DNA of 64,000 nucleotides from Nemertoderma westbladi (taxonomy: Eukaryota > Animalia > Xenacoelomorpha). Under the pieces are notes generated by a model, which was not told the origin of the DNA, searched no databases, and saw nothing but the letters and a program-made list of their open reading frames with translations. Positions 22,431 to 33,999 of this stretch are shown here, piece after piece. The first letter of the stretch is position 1, and each line of letters opens with the position of its first letter. The position numbers were made by a program, and so were the translations under genes. The DNA lies in assembly GCA_032718475.1 (NCBI GenBank), contig JAUCBJ010007525.1, positions 1 to 64,000 on the forward strand. The letters run 5' to 3'.

Positions 22431-25400
22431 GTGACTGAATTAATAGAAGATGATCTTGGTATCAGGGAGAGATATATTCTACCTTTACAAGCGTTTGTCG
22501 ATAGCTTGATACGCGGCGACGCTGATCCAACTACTACGGAGGACGATGGTCGTTATATTGAACCGCCAATGTCCCAGGAGCAACTTACGCGTGAATTGGA
22601 CTATAGAAAATTCACTGCTCGCTATACGCATCGTAATGGTATGTATATGGACTTCTTAACTACCGGCCATCCTATTGATTTACACGACACCGACGATGTC
22701 GATACCGAAAGGGAAATGGTTTTATTTAAATATCATACCCAGCGGAGTCGAAACGATAAATCGAGAATAGAACACGAGAACTCTATTCGAAATAAGCTCG
22801 AAAGAGAAGACGTTGAAGAACCTGATAAACATAGCGGCTTCAACGAATATCTAGAATTTCTAAGAGAAACCTATCTCAATGTTGCCAGTCAACAAAACCT
22901 CGAAACTCGATATCCCCAAGGTATACATCCAGATCCGATAATGGAACTCAAACGGCTCTATTTTACGATGATGTATCTTACCGCCGATCGACCACTCCCT
23001 GTCGTTCCAGATAGCTTCGAACAGATGGAGGAATATTGTAAAACTGGAGAGCGATCACCCGCGTTTCCCCTTCAAGACGTGCGTCTTTGGTATTACTGTG
23101 ACGAATGCCCTAGACCTAACCAGCAAATCGAAAGGCATAAGCATCCGCGGAGACGTTGCGCTAAACACAGTTTTACACGATATACTTATGGGAGTTTCGA
23201 GCGTAACCTTTTCGACGTATCACCTACGGTCGCGCGCCTTAAGCGATCATTGAATAAACCCATGATCAGAGTTCCGGAATACTCGGTCAGACCTCCCCAT
23301 TCCCAAGTGATACCTCAAACTCTAGATCCTAATAGTATTACGGATCCTCCCGAACTGTACTCACTGTTCAAAGATCTAGTGTTACCTGAACAGTTGATTG
23401 GTGGCACTCTGGTAGTGGGTTCGTTGGATATTCGCCAACCTTACCTTGCTGGACTAGGACGCGGTCATCTAATATCACCGTTTAACCCCTACAACCGTCC
23501 TGGCCTTCCCCTGATCCAACCTGTTACAGAAGTCGAAGAGAGCGTGATACGAAATGCATTAGACGCTATTCGGCAGAAAATCGGAAAAGGAACTTACGAT
23601 TGCTTGGAGAAACGTAAATTGCAACAACAAGTCCAAGCGGTGAAAGAACTAGCTTTACCCCAGTTCGATAGAGAAATACAAAATCTAGAGGAGGACATCG
23701 AACGTGGACGAACCTACTCTTTACAGGAATTCCTGGACGAGCGCTTGCAACAACAAGCGGAGGAAAATCAGCTCGAGGAGAGACATATAGAGCTGACTGA
23801 GAGGGAAGAAGCAGCTTTAGCCCAACCAGAAGCTCAAATTCTCGTGACAGATCTCTATTCCAAAACGATTCTCCACCCCTCGATGGTTCCCCATTTTAAA
23901 GACAAGCTCTTTGCTACGGTACAGCCTCAACCGGTTAACACCGATCTCAGATCTCAAGAGCTCGTTGCTGACGCTCCCATGCTACAACGTCCACCCGTCG
24001 AGGCTGCTCGTGTCGATGGCGTACTTGTTGAGCCTCCGGACAATAGAGCGGATCTTGTCCGTCGCATGGTGCACGATGTTAACATACGTGCTAGACCTTT
24101 GCCGGACTCATTTTATGGAATTAAGGATCATCCTTATTACGTCAATTTAAAGCAATATTACATGGTAAAACCAGAAGATCCTACGCATAGTCTGAAGTTT
24201 CTACCATTGATCAATCCTCTCGACCTCGTCGAACTCGAACAACTACAAAAACATCTAGATCAGCTAGTTAAACTAAACTCATTTCGAAAACCATATAATA
24301 TTTCCCGAATAGAGAAAGAAATATCACCCCCGTACAATCTTGATGGATTCATTAAAACTCGATTGGTACACTGGAATCTTGACGTGTTATTCGAGGAAGA
24401 AAGAATAAAACGATATGGAGATGTGGAAACCTATACTACACAATGCTTAAAGTATAGAGATTTACCCAATGCTAGCGAATGCGCTACTTTGTGGCATCCA
24501 GTGGGAATGACTCTCGAAAACGCCACTAAAGAATGGAACGAGACTCTTAACGTTATCGAGATGTATGGCGTTGTTACTTATGACAACGAAGGTAGCGTTC
24601 CGGTGGGAGAACTAGGAACTACGCGAATGATACATATACGAGGACTCGCTGGTTCTACCCACGTATTCACTCGAGCGTGTTCCGACGTGATCGATTATTC
24701 TTTTGAAACCCTTACGGAGACACAAAAGAAACTTCGACATGGACAATTCGAGCTCGCGCAGCGTTACGTCACTGATACCGAGCGCAAACCGGCCATGGGT
24801 ATCGACGGATCAATGTTACCCCAACCCGTGCTCGAAATGTTGTTTAACGAAAGAATCCTAAAAATCGGTTCAGCTGTTTATGGAGATCTCCAAAACGACT
24901 TCCGGAATATGGAAAACATTCCATACCCTTTCGTTGATACTCAGCTGATTGCTCCTTGGGCCGAAGGCCGAGGTTTCTTTCGCACTATACACCCCTATAC
25001 ACCCAGCGACATTACTAAGGTACAACGGACATCCATCGGACATCTTGCCTTTCAAGAATATGGATGGAACTTCAAAGTTGGAAATCCTATCAATTACCAG
25101 CAGGTATATGGAGATCATTACTACCGTTTATATTTTGAAGGACCATTAACTGCGCCTGGTGCAGTATATAGCTTTATGAGTGTTCCACTTCGCCCTTCCT
25201 TAGCTATATACACGATCTTTGAAAACGCAGCACTTGCCGGTTGGTTAGCCGATGTGTGCAGTCGTACCATACGCGCTCACCCGTTAATACTTGGAACTAA
25301 ACTCGCCAAGTTAGACGAACACAATAAGTTCATACGTTTCGAATGTTTCCGGCGCTTTCTGACTCCGTTCCGTAACGTCGATAGTCAGTTCAAAGACCGC

Positions 25401-26684
25401 GCGCTGACCAAGCTCAGTCTTAGAGACTCAGCTGCGGAGAAACTGAGTAGCGCTGGATTTGCCGTCTTTCAAGACGTTTGTATACAGAACCTACATTCAT
25501 CCGTTATACAAAGACCCCGAATATCTACAGGTTATTCTGTCATGGAAATACAGACAGTGGGTCCACTTACGGAAACCGACGCACCCACTTCGTCTATGCA
25601 GCTGGAGGATGAACCAGTATGCTTGGAATCAGAAGCGATTCAACCTACGGCTTCCCGGAGCAGTGACAATGATTATGTCATAGAGTGGTATCAAGGTCCA
25701 CAGCGTCTCACAGCGTACGATTATCGACACGCCAACTACGTTTCCCGAAAACGTTGTCGATTATGCGCATCGAGAGACCACTTCACTCCTCTAGACTCGA
25801 GCGTACCTTGTTCCTATTTCCTCGAACAACCGATGATGGAAATATATTGTGCTTATTGCCGGCTTAATAACTCTCATATATTTGCCGTCTGCCCACAATT
25901 TATGACTCAATGTCACTACTGCCAACTTAAAGGACATGAAAGTTACAATTGTCCCTTTAATCGCGATTTAGAGAGCGTAGACGAGATGATCACCCTGCGA
26001 TACATCCGAGCTTGGGAAGCGAACGCCGATTTACATTGCGAATCCCGACATCGCTATTACCCTGGACGAGCTTACGAGGGAGTTTACGCGTTCCATCCTT
26101 ATCTATTCGCGTCGATTGAACAGAAAACACGCGTACCAAGTTACGAGTTAATGAAGCGTGTTGGTGAGTGTATTTCCACCAAGTTTGTCAGGAAATACCT
26201 TAGAAACGTTAACCCTAATGATATAACCACATATCACCTGATCAATTTTATCCGTCAGGACCCTGAGTATGGCGACATCTTTGTGAACTCGCATCCTGAA
26301 CTACAGGAAATATCTCGGCGACCATATGAATATCGAACCCGAGAACGCGAGCTGGAGAGAACCATTAAACCGAGAAAGTTCCTCACCACTCACGGTCCAC
26401 CCACCGCTAGTGTCCAGACGACCCGTCAAGGACCCGTAGGAGCTGCTGTCCTGAGACGCGCTCTAAAGGCCGTTAGACCTCACTCCACTGAGGTTGATAT
26501 TAATCAACCAGGTACTTCGACCGGCGGGTATACCGATCGTAACCCTGCACCTTCTGATGCAATTATATTGCACCCTTCACCTAGGAGCTACAGCCCTCCT
26601 CGTAAAGTGGCTCGCCCCAAAGAGAAAATGACTCTTGCTAGCTTTAAAAAACTGCGTAAACGCCGTCCGCGCAAGAAAGACTAA
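22431..26684 (+). CDS. BEL accessory ORF2: DEDD (WRN/EXD-like) 3'-5' exonuclease-like domain, three CCHC zinc knuckles, basic C-terminus
   Basis: 1417 open codons (GTG start called; first ATG at 22569 in CCGCCAATG); VVTYDNEG, LPQPVLEMLFNERILKIGSAVYGD, PFVDTQ, SIGHLA..YG; CCHC array 25755-25955; KKLRKRRPRKKD tail; no obvious signal peptide or TM anchor. Confidence 0.85.
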   Translation: MTELIEDDLGIRERYILPLQAFVDSLIRGDADPTTTEDDGRYIEPPMSQEQLTRELDYRKFTARYTHRNGMYMDFLTTGHPIDLHDTDDVDTEREMVLFKYHTQRSRNDKSRIEHENSIRNKLEREDVEEPDKHSGFNEYLEFLRETYLNVASQQNLETRYPQGIHPDPIMELKRLYFTMMYLTADRPLPVVPDSFEQMEEYCKTGERSPAFPLQDVRLWYYCDECPRPNQQIERHKHPRRRCAKHSFTRYTYGSFERNLFDVSPTVARLKRSLNKPMIRVPEYSVRPPHSQVIPQTLDPNSITDPPELYSLFKDLVLPEQLIGGTLVVGSLDIRQPYLAGLGRGHLISPFNPYNRPGLPLIQPVTEVEESVIRNALDAIRQKIGKGTYDCLEKRKLQQQVQAVKELALPQFDREIQNLEEDIERGRTYSLQEFLDERLQQQAEENQLEERHIELTEREEAALAQPEAQILVTDLYSKTILHPSMVPHFKDKLFATVQPQPVNTDLRSQELVADAPMLQRPPVEAARVDGVLVEPPDNRADLVRRMVHDVNIRARPLPDSFYGIKDHPYYVNLKQYYMVKPEDPTHSLKFLPLINPLDLVELEQLQKHLDQLVKLNSFRKPYNISRIEKEISPPYNLDGFIKTRLVHWNLDVLFEEERIKRYGDVETYTTQCLKYRDLPNASECATLWHPVGMTLENATKEWNETLNVIEMYGVVTYDNEGSVPVGELGTTRMIHIRGLAGSTHVFTRACSDVIDYSFETLTETQKKLRHGQFELAQRYVTDTERKPAMGIDGSMLPQPVLEMLFNERILKIGSAVYGDLQNDFRNMENIPYPFVDTQLIAPWAEGRGFFRTIHPYTPSDITKVQRTSIGHLAFQEYGWNFKVGNPINYQQVYGDHYYRLYFEGPLTAPGAVYSFMSVPLRPSLAIYTIFENAALAGWLADVCSRTIRAHPLILGTKLAKLDEHNKFIRFECFRRFLTPFRNVDSQFKDRALTKLSLRDSAAEKLSSAGFAVFQDVCIQNLHSSVIQRPRISTGYSVMEIQTVGPLTETDAPTSSMQLEDEPVCLESEAIQPTASRSSDNDYVIEWYQGPQRLTAYDYRHANYVSRKRCRLCASRDHFTPLDSSVPCSYFLEQPMMEIYCAYCRLNNSHIFAVCPQFMTQCHYCQLKGHESYNCPFNRDLESVDEMITLRYIRAWEANADLHCESRHRYYPGRAYEGVYAFHPYLFASIEQKTRVPSYELMKRVGECISTKFVRKYLRNVNPNDITTYHLINFIRQDPEYGDIFVNSHPELQEISRRPYEYRTRERELERTIKPRKFLTTHGPPTASVQTTRQGPVGAAVLRRALKAVRPHSTEVDINQPGTSTGGYTDRNPAPSDAIILHPSPRSYSPPRKVARPKEKMTLASFKKLRKRRPRKKD

Positions 26685-26762
26685 CTGTTTAGAGTATTTA
26701 TGTATATTAGAAATTGTGATTTTGTATATTTTATAGACTTAAATCCCATTTTCTGGGAGCGG

Positions 26763-29501
26763 TGTAAAAGCTTTTGTGGGATAACTGATTCGTTTGCCTT
26801 GCTAACCAGTTCCCCCCCAGTCGCTAGAATACTCTAAAAAGGGATCTATAACTCGAATAGCACAAGCTACCGGCTGATTGGCTGATTCGCTGTGCGAAGG
26901 GATCTGGGCTACGTTTGATTGTCCAACTAGCTTGGGAAAGTATCTCCCAATAGAATTTGAGTTGATTTTGATTTCGACCTATCACAGATCTACTGAACTG
27001 AATTTTCCTATCTTTATGCTCTTTCTCTGTGTTGGGTGGAAGCCTTTGTAAATAAGGTTATTCTTATCAGTTTTCAGTGTTGTTGGTCTTTCTTTCCTGA
27101 GCCAGGAGAGAACGGCTTGTAAATATTTTGTGCTTTTCTGTTTTAGTCTAACACTAGTTAGTAGGCTTTAATTATAAAGGGCATATATCCGTTATCACAA
27201 CAACAAACATATCAAAACAAACCAAACAATCCACACTGAATTACTGTGCATACCTTTATATTGTTATACTGCTATTTACTGTCAGTTCTTCATAATATGG
27301 TTGATGAATTATTATATTTGGAATAACGATAAATAACCCCGAAACCCAATATTCTTGATATACCGAAGGTAAGAGAGAAAGGTTACATATAACGATTGTG
27401 ACTTATGTTAAAGTGGTTTGAAGTGAATCTAATGTTATTTGATAGACCCTACATGAGTCAGTCCGTGTTCCTTTTATATATAACTAAAATCAGTGAAGAT
27501 CGGCAGATCAGTGTGCAGTATTGTGCAGCATTGTGTATGGGTGAACCTGATAACGAAGCATTTCCTAAAGAATGCGCCATATATGTGAATTATAACTAAG
27601 CCACCCCTGGTTTTAAAAACTTTTAGTGTCATGAAAAATACCGTAAAATCTGTGACTGCGAGCTCTTATATAATGATCTGCATAGCAAAAAAAAATATTT
27701 TTTAAAATATTTTATCGAGCTCCTTTTTTTTAGCACCTAAAAATGTGTTCTAGAACATTTCTTCGGTGGTGTGCGGAGTTGTCGAATTTAGGTAACTTGA
27801 ATACTGATTCCTTATATTAGCCATTATATGCCAAATTCGCTAAGGATTTCAAATCTGCAAACAGTTTCATCATATCTTGTTTAGTTTTCGAGATATCGTG
27901 AAAAATGTGATGCGCACCCAAAAAGTGCGTGCGGCACCAAATTTTCAATTTTCAGTAAATTGAAATATTCACTAAAAAATGAAAATTATCGATTTCTATA
28001 GGTTTTTTGCGATGCTGAATGCAATGGTAATATTTTCCAGAAGGCTGGGTGAATTGTCATACTACTTTTCATTGGGTGCTGAAATTTGGAAAATGAAAAT
28101 CAAATTTTCAACCATTGGAAATTTTCAATATAAAGCTCTGATTTACGATTTATTAAGGTTCTGTGTATTGCTGAGTGTAACAGTAATGTTTTCTCAATAA
28201 GAGGTTTACTGTGTATACAATTTTTACTAAACTGTCTAAAAAATGTGATGAGATATATTTAATTTCTAATTCATACGTTTGTATTACTGTCATCCTACTT
28301 ATATATTCTAAAATGTTTCAAAACACAATACTTCGATTAATTATCTTTATGTATTTTTATTAAACTTTTATGAATATTTATATAACTTTTACAAAGTTTT
28401 GAATAACTTTTAGAACTTTTCTATGACTTTTTTCGGATTTTTCTATAACTTTTAGAAAATTTTATACATGTTTTGGAAATTATTATATAACTTTTGGTAA
28501 TTTTTATACAGCTTTTGCTAACGAATATGATGCTTTGGGAAACATTATATACATAGTAAACCAGTTATCCAGAAAATAATACTGTAGCATTCAAAACCAT
28601 ACAAAACCTAAAAAAAATAGCTAATCATAGGTTTAAACGGGATATTACAAAACTTATAAAATTTGTCATTTTTGATTTTAAAATTTCAGCACCCAATGAA
28701 AAGTAGCACAACAATTCACTCAGACTTTTGGAAAATATTACCATTGCATTCAGCATGGCAGAAAACCTATAGAAATCGATAATTTTCATTTTTTAGTGAA
28801 TATTTCAATTTACTGAAAATTGAAAATTTGGCGGCGCACGCACTTTTTGGGTGCGCATCACATTTTTCACGATATCTCGAAAACTAAACAAGATATGATG
28901 AAACTGTTTTCAGATTTGAAATCCTGAGCGAATTTCGCATATAATGGCTAATATAAGGAATCAGTTATCAGGTTACCTAAATTCGACAACTCCGCACACA
29001 ACCAAAAAAATGTTCTAGAACACATTTTTAGGTGCTAAAAAAAAGGAGCTTGATAAAATATTTTAAAAAATATTTTTTTTTGCTATGCAGACCATTATAT
29101 AAGAGCTGGCAGTCACAGATTTTACGGTATTTTTTATGACACTAAAAGTTTTTAAAACCAGGGGTGTAAGCCATATCGTTGTGAGTAGTTTAAGTCATAA
29201 CTCTGTTTGTATAAATAGAGCGCCACGTCCTAAAGGAACTGTTAATATTCCCCGAAGGTGAATAATATTGTCAGAGATTATATAATACTGTCAGTCGAAT
29301 AATACATTAGGCTTACATAGCAATAAGATTAAGCCGTCGAACCCAATCTCCCGGGTATATCCAGCGGGTGAATGATCGCGCACAGATTGGTTTCGACTAG
29401 TGTAGTGAATTAAATACTTGTCATAGACTAAAAGTGATTTATTATCTAGAAGACATCATAATTTGGCGGGTTAAACTGCCAAAGGTCTAAAAGCGCGAAC
29501 A
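26763..29501 (+). repeat. 3' LTR of BEL element, interrupted by a DNA transposon
   Basis: Matches the 5' LTR in two pieces, 26763-27601 and 29167-29501. Confidence 0.95.
27602..29166. mobile_element. Non-autonomous foldback DNA transposon (CAC termini, ~490-bp TIRs, 5-bp TSD; possibly Transib-like)
   Basis: CACCCCTGGTTTTAAAAAC...GTTTTTAAAACCAGGGGTG; TSD TAAGC at 27597-27601 and 29167-29171; absent from the 5' LTR. Confidence 0.9.
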
Positions 29502-29984
29502 AATGTCATGTAGTATTATAGGAATTGGACCAAATGGAATGGTGGGGAGTCAGGTCAGGTCAGTGGGCAGGAGTATGTGAATCCAATAATATTGATTACC
29601 AACAATATTATTATTAATTAATTGTGAACAAGACGAGTGAACAATACATGTCTGGGGGCAGTGGGACTTCTCTGGGGGAGCAGTGCCCCCAAAGCCCCCC
29701 CCCCCCCCAAAGCCCCCCCCCCCCCCCACACGATACGGGCCTGCAGGTAGTGCTTTATTTAAAATCTTCTGAATTACTTATTCAGAAGTTATGGAATACA
29801 GAAAACTCCGGTTCTATTGAAAAAAATGTATTTCAACCGTATTTATTAGAAATTATCATTGCATTCTATATAAAACAAAACCAACATCTTATCTTACTTC
29901 CATTTAGCTAACAGTTTTTGAGGACCTACAGTGGTAATTGCAGTGGGATTAGATGATCAGTAAACAGAGTAACTAAATGCGCCA

Positions 29985-30705
29985 TCACTCATCTGCCCTC
30001 GATTTGTCTTGCAATTCGTAATATAGGTTTCCAAGAACGTGAACTGGTGTTCGACATCGGTTGACTGTGTGATCGTGATGCGTTTTGAGCCCGGGATGCT
30101 GAGCCGATGCTGTGGCTGCCTTGAACTGAAAAATCGTCTTGTTGCGACTGGTTCGGCGGCGCGCGAAGTGAATGTTTTCCAGTGGGCGGGGATACAGACT
30201 TAGTAAGGGATTGGATATCGAGCTCCGTGATGATGTGGATTGGGTTACCTGCATCCTTAACTCTGACGTATAGTTAGCCGTTTCTCGAATATGCTGAGTG
30301 AATTAGTTTCTTTTCACGTAGCCTTTGTAGGTCACGTAAGAGCGATGAACGGCGAGTAGTGAGAAATTCGGTGACATAATATGATAGGTTTTTCTTCTTG
30401 TTTCGAAGTGCCATTATACGAGTGGCGTGAGTGGTAAAGCGTATGAGGATAGGTCGAACTTTCGGTTTAATGTTACTGGATGTTACTGTTGAGGTTTCTT
30501 TGGTCCGATTCTATGGAAGACATCGACGTTGGTGAATTGGATGTCTAGCGAAAAGAGAATATCTTTTACTGAGGAAGATTCTTTGGTAGAGGAAGTGGTC
30601 TCCGGAACGGCATGTAAAAGTATACAAGAACGTCGTGTATACTGTGCCAGATTATCGTTTGCAAGTTTAAGGGATTCGATTTCATTACGTAGAGTGTCGA
30701 TTTGT
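29985..30705 (-). pseudogene. LINE ORF1 (coiled coil plus RRM type), 3' part
   Basis: DNLAQYTRRSCILLHAVPE..VDVFHRIG..RPILIRF..VTEFLT motifs of CR1/L2-group ORF1p; continues at 34840 beyond the insertion. Confidence 0.75.
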
Positions 30706-32288
30706 TTAACCCTCCCCCGGTATGGTAAAAAATTACCCTTCACCAGTAACGTGGGGTATTTTTATACCCCAAATTGATAAAAACATTTTTAGTAATATTA
30801 AATAGAAAAACACTTGCAACCCCCCTCCCAGAATTTGCCAAATGGTGAAAAAATAAGTTGTGAACTTTTTTTTCAATTTGGTTGAAGTCTACCCAGCGCT
30901 CAATGCCACCAAAGTTATGCCACTACAATCACGATCAGCGTTAACGTCGCGATGGGGTGTTTTGCAACAAGATACTTATGATAGCGAAGCAATCTGTGAG
31001 AGCGTTTCTCATTGTAGGTTTTTTAGAGGTGTTATGGGTCTAAGTCTCTGAGTAGACCATTGCAGTTCCAATAACAGAATAAGCATAAAATGAGTCAAAT
31101 ACCACCACTAAAAGTCAACAACAAAACTTGGTGATAGACTATATATATACATACAGTATATATCACCTCGCAATAGCACAAGATCTTGAATTGTAACATG
31201 AAATATACACCATGACTGCAAAAGTACTGATGATTTGGTCATAAAATGTGATTATTGTCCAACTAAATTATATATTGCAGTTATAATGAACCCAAAATGA
31301 GACCCAAAAGGCCAGAACACCACCTGACCACTAAGAAAGCCTACAATAAGAGTTATTCACATATACTTAGCAATCTATCGCATTGTGATTAGGCCGAAGA
31401 AATACAGGCCAAACATCAATACAGTAGCTTCATAATACTGATAATTTGGTCTTAAAAGTCAAAGTTAAAGCATTCCTCTAGTACAACTAAATCGACCGTT
31501 GTGGTTCCAATGAAACCAAAATGAGTCACAAAGCACCACTAAACGAGCACCATAACGTTATTCAATACAGCAAAAAATTGGGTATTTACATACCCCATCT
31601 TACCTAACTAAGTTATTTTCAAATTAAGGGGCCATAACATTTTTCATAAACAAAATTTTATGGGTTTGACCCACACAATCGGTAGATTACATGTTTTTTG
31701 GAAGATACTATGAAGCTGGACATACATAATATCCTTGCAAACAATTTAACGTTCAAATGGCGTTGAAAAACGAAAAATTTATAACAAATAAACGCTAGAA
31801 TCTGACGTTAGTAAAAGTAGATCGAACGTTCGTTTGGCCGCTTTTGTGACGTTAAAATTACCCCAAAATCAACGTTGAATTTTACGTCAAATATATATAT
31901 TCCAACGTTATCTTTAACCGTTGAATTTGCAGTATATTAATCGTTAAAACAACTTCAGTTAATCAACAAAACTGACGTTAGATATCCATATTCCAACGTT
32001 TATTTAATCAGGGATTTTCAGTTTTTCAGGCCACTAGGTAAATCTCACGTTACCTTACGTTGTACATTGCACATTTTAATTATCTCATCAGCATATTAAT
32101 ACAACATAGGCCTATAATATGTTATGTGAATTATAAATAAATGGAAACTTTATGTTTGAAACTGTAAACTTATTAATTGATTTATTTACATTATAAATGA
32201 AATTATTACAAAATAATCAGATAGTTAGTTGACAGCACAGATACAGTCTATAGTTCGCATTGGCAAAAATAAGTCTTACTGAAACGAA

Positions 32289-33999
32289 TTACGAGTCCAC
32301 ATCCGCATCGCCCTCATTATCGCTAATTGTCGATCCCGCATCGTCTTTGCTGCATCGTTCTTTCGGTTTTCCGCGAGCCACACTAAAAAAACAAAATAAT
32401 TAATTAATCAACTAATTTACTGTAAACGAATTCCTGTATGTAATGTAATAACGTAATAATGTAATGTAATGTAATAATGTAATAACGTAAGTAAGTACTG
32501 TATGTATGTACTCAGCACCGCAAATTTATTAATTACTTGCAATTTAATGCAATGGCGATAAACAGTTTCAGAGCGTAATATTGTAGCAGAATGGATGCCA
32601 TAATGTAGACCTACAGTACTAACCCAATCCTAACACATCTCAACCCTGCAGAATAGATGCCATAATGTAGGCCTACAGTACTAACCCAATCCCCCATGAT
32701 GTAGGCCTACAGTACTAACCCAATCCCCCATAATGTAGGCCTACAGTACTAACCCAATCCCCCATAATGTAGGCCTACAGTACTAACCCAATCCCCCATA
32801 ATGTAGGCCTACAGTACTAACCCAATCCCCCATAATGTAGGCCTACAGTACTAACCCAATCCCCCATAATGTAGGCCTACAGTACTAACCCAATCCCCCA
32901 TAATGTAGGCCTACAGTACTAACCGAATCCCCCATAATGTAGGCCTACAGTACTAACCCAATCCCCCATAATGTAGACCTACAGTACTAACCCAATCCCC
33001 CATAATGTAGGCCTACAGTACTAACCCAATCCCCCATAATGTAGACCTACAGTACTAACCCAATCCCCCGTAATGTAGGCCGACAGTACTAACCCAATCC
33101 CCCATAATGTAGGCCAAATGTTTACAATTATTTATACAGCAACTAATATAATTTGTGCAGTTTCTATCACTTATAATATATGTACAATCATTTCGTAATG
33201 TTACAATTTTGGAATAAAACTACATACATACTTGTTGCAAAGTACTTTACAGTGTTCTGATCATCGTGGCTTTATTTTCACTCACTAACGTTCGTTCGTG
33301 TAACAAAGCCACTCGGATCATCTCACTGTAAAGTGCTACTTTACACACAAGTATGTAAATAGTTATTACATAATAATTCTAATGTACTGTACTAATTATT
33401 GGTAATGAGAACAATAATAAGATATAAATTTTACCTGCTGCTGCTAGTGCACTGAATGTCCTGTCGAACTCCAGCTGTTTCTTCATCCATAATATCACTC
33501 TCATTTCCAACCGCAACCCGTTTCTTTCCTCTGAATCGTGTTGCGATACCAATGGAATACCCATCTTGATCGCTAGCACTTGCAATGTCCGAACCCTCAC
33601 AGACAACGCGCTCCTCTATTGCCTTAGCTGCCAATAGATCATCTGAAAAATATTATTAACATTGAAATTTAGTCTACAGTACTGTAATAATTTAATTATT
33701 ATTTGATTTAATAATTATTAGATTGTTAGATATTCATATGCGATGATCCTATCTAATTATCAGTATACTACCGTTAAAATACCTTTGCATGAGTTTCGAA
33801 TAAATGTGCAAGGCCAAGATCCCCATTGCCCAACTGCAGTGTCACCAGCACGTAACGACTCCCTCAGCGCCTTGGATGCAAGTTTAGTGTTTATGGGATA
33901 TGCTGATGTAAGTCCATCGGCCGACAACCATCCACTACATATTGTTGCAACTTCCTCAAAGCCATCCGGGCCCGTGAAGATGACAACACAATAAGCCAT
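32289..33999 (-). CDS. Predicted 4-exon gene (197 aa) resembling the accessory-protein N-terminus of animal EnSpm/CMC elements
   Basis: Exons 33999-33783, 33642-33435, 33325-33251, 32382-32289 (217+208+75+94=594 nt), all GT-AG and in frame; MAYCVVIF..EEV..ICSGWL..AYP..WGSWPC; AATAAA downstream near 32186. Confidence 0.6.
32597..33115. repeat. 34-bp minisatellite (~14 copies)
   Basis: Unit CATAATGTAGGCCTACAGTACTAACCCAATCCCC containing palindrome TGTAGGCCTACA; lies in predicted intron 3. Confidence 0.95.

Larger units (their letters stand above)
9149..29501 (+). mobile_element. Full-length BEL/Pao LTR retrotransposon with an extra ORF
   Basis: Near-identical TG...CA LTRs, 5-bp TSD AATGC (9144-9148) / AATGT (29502-29506), intact gag-pol, purine-rich GGGAGCGG before the 3' LTR. 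Confidence 0.95.

Noticed and set aside
22431-26684. ORF2 as an env gene
   Set aside because: No evident signal peptide or C-terminal TM anchor; nucleic-acid-binding motifs and a basic tail instead
29640-29745. C-rich stretch ending GATACGGGCCTG, a possible hAT-type MITE end
   Set aside because: No partner TIR or TSD found
32597-33115. 34-bp palindromic repeats resembling a CRISPR array
   Set aside because: Units are head-to-tail with no unique spacers, no cas genes are present, and the context is eukaryotic; it is a minisatellite
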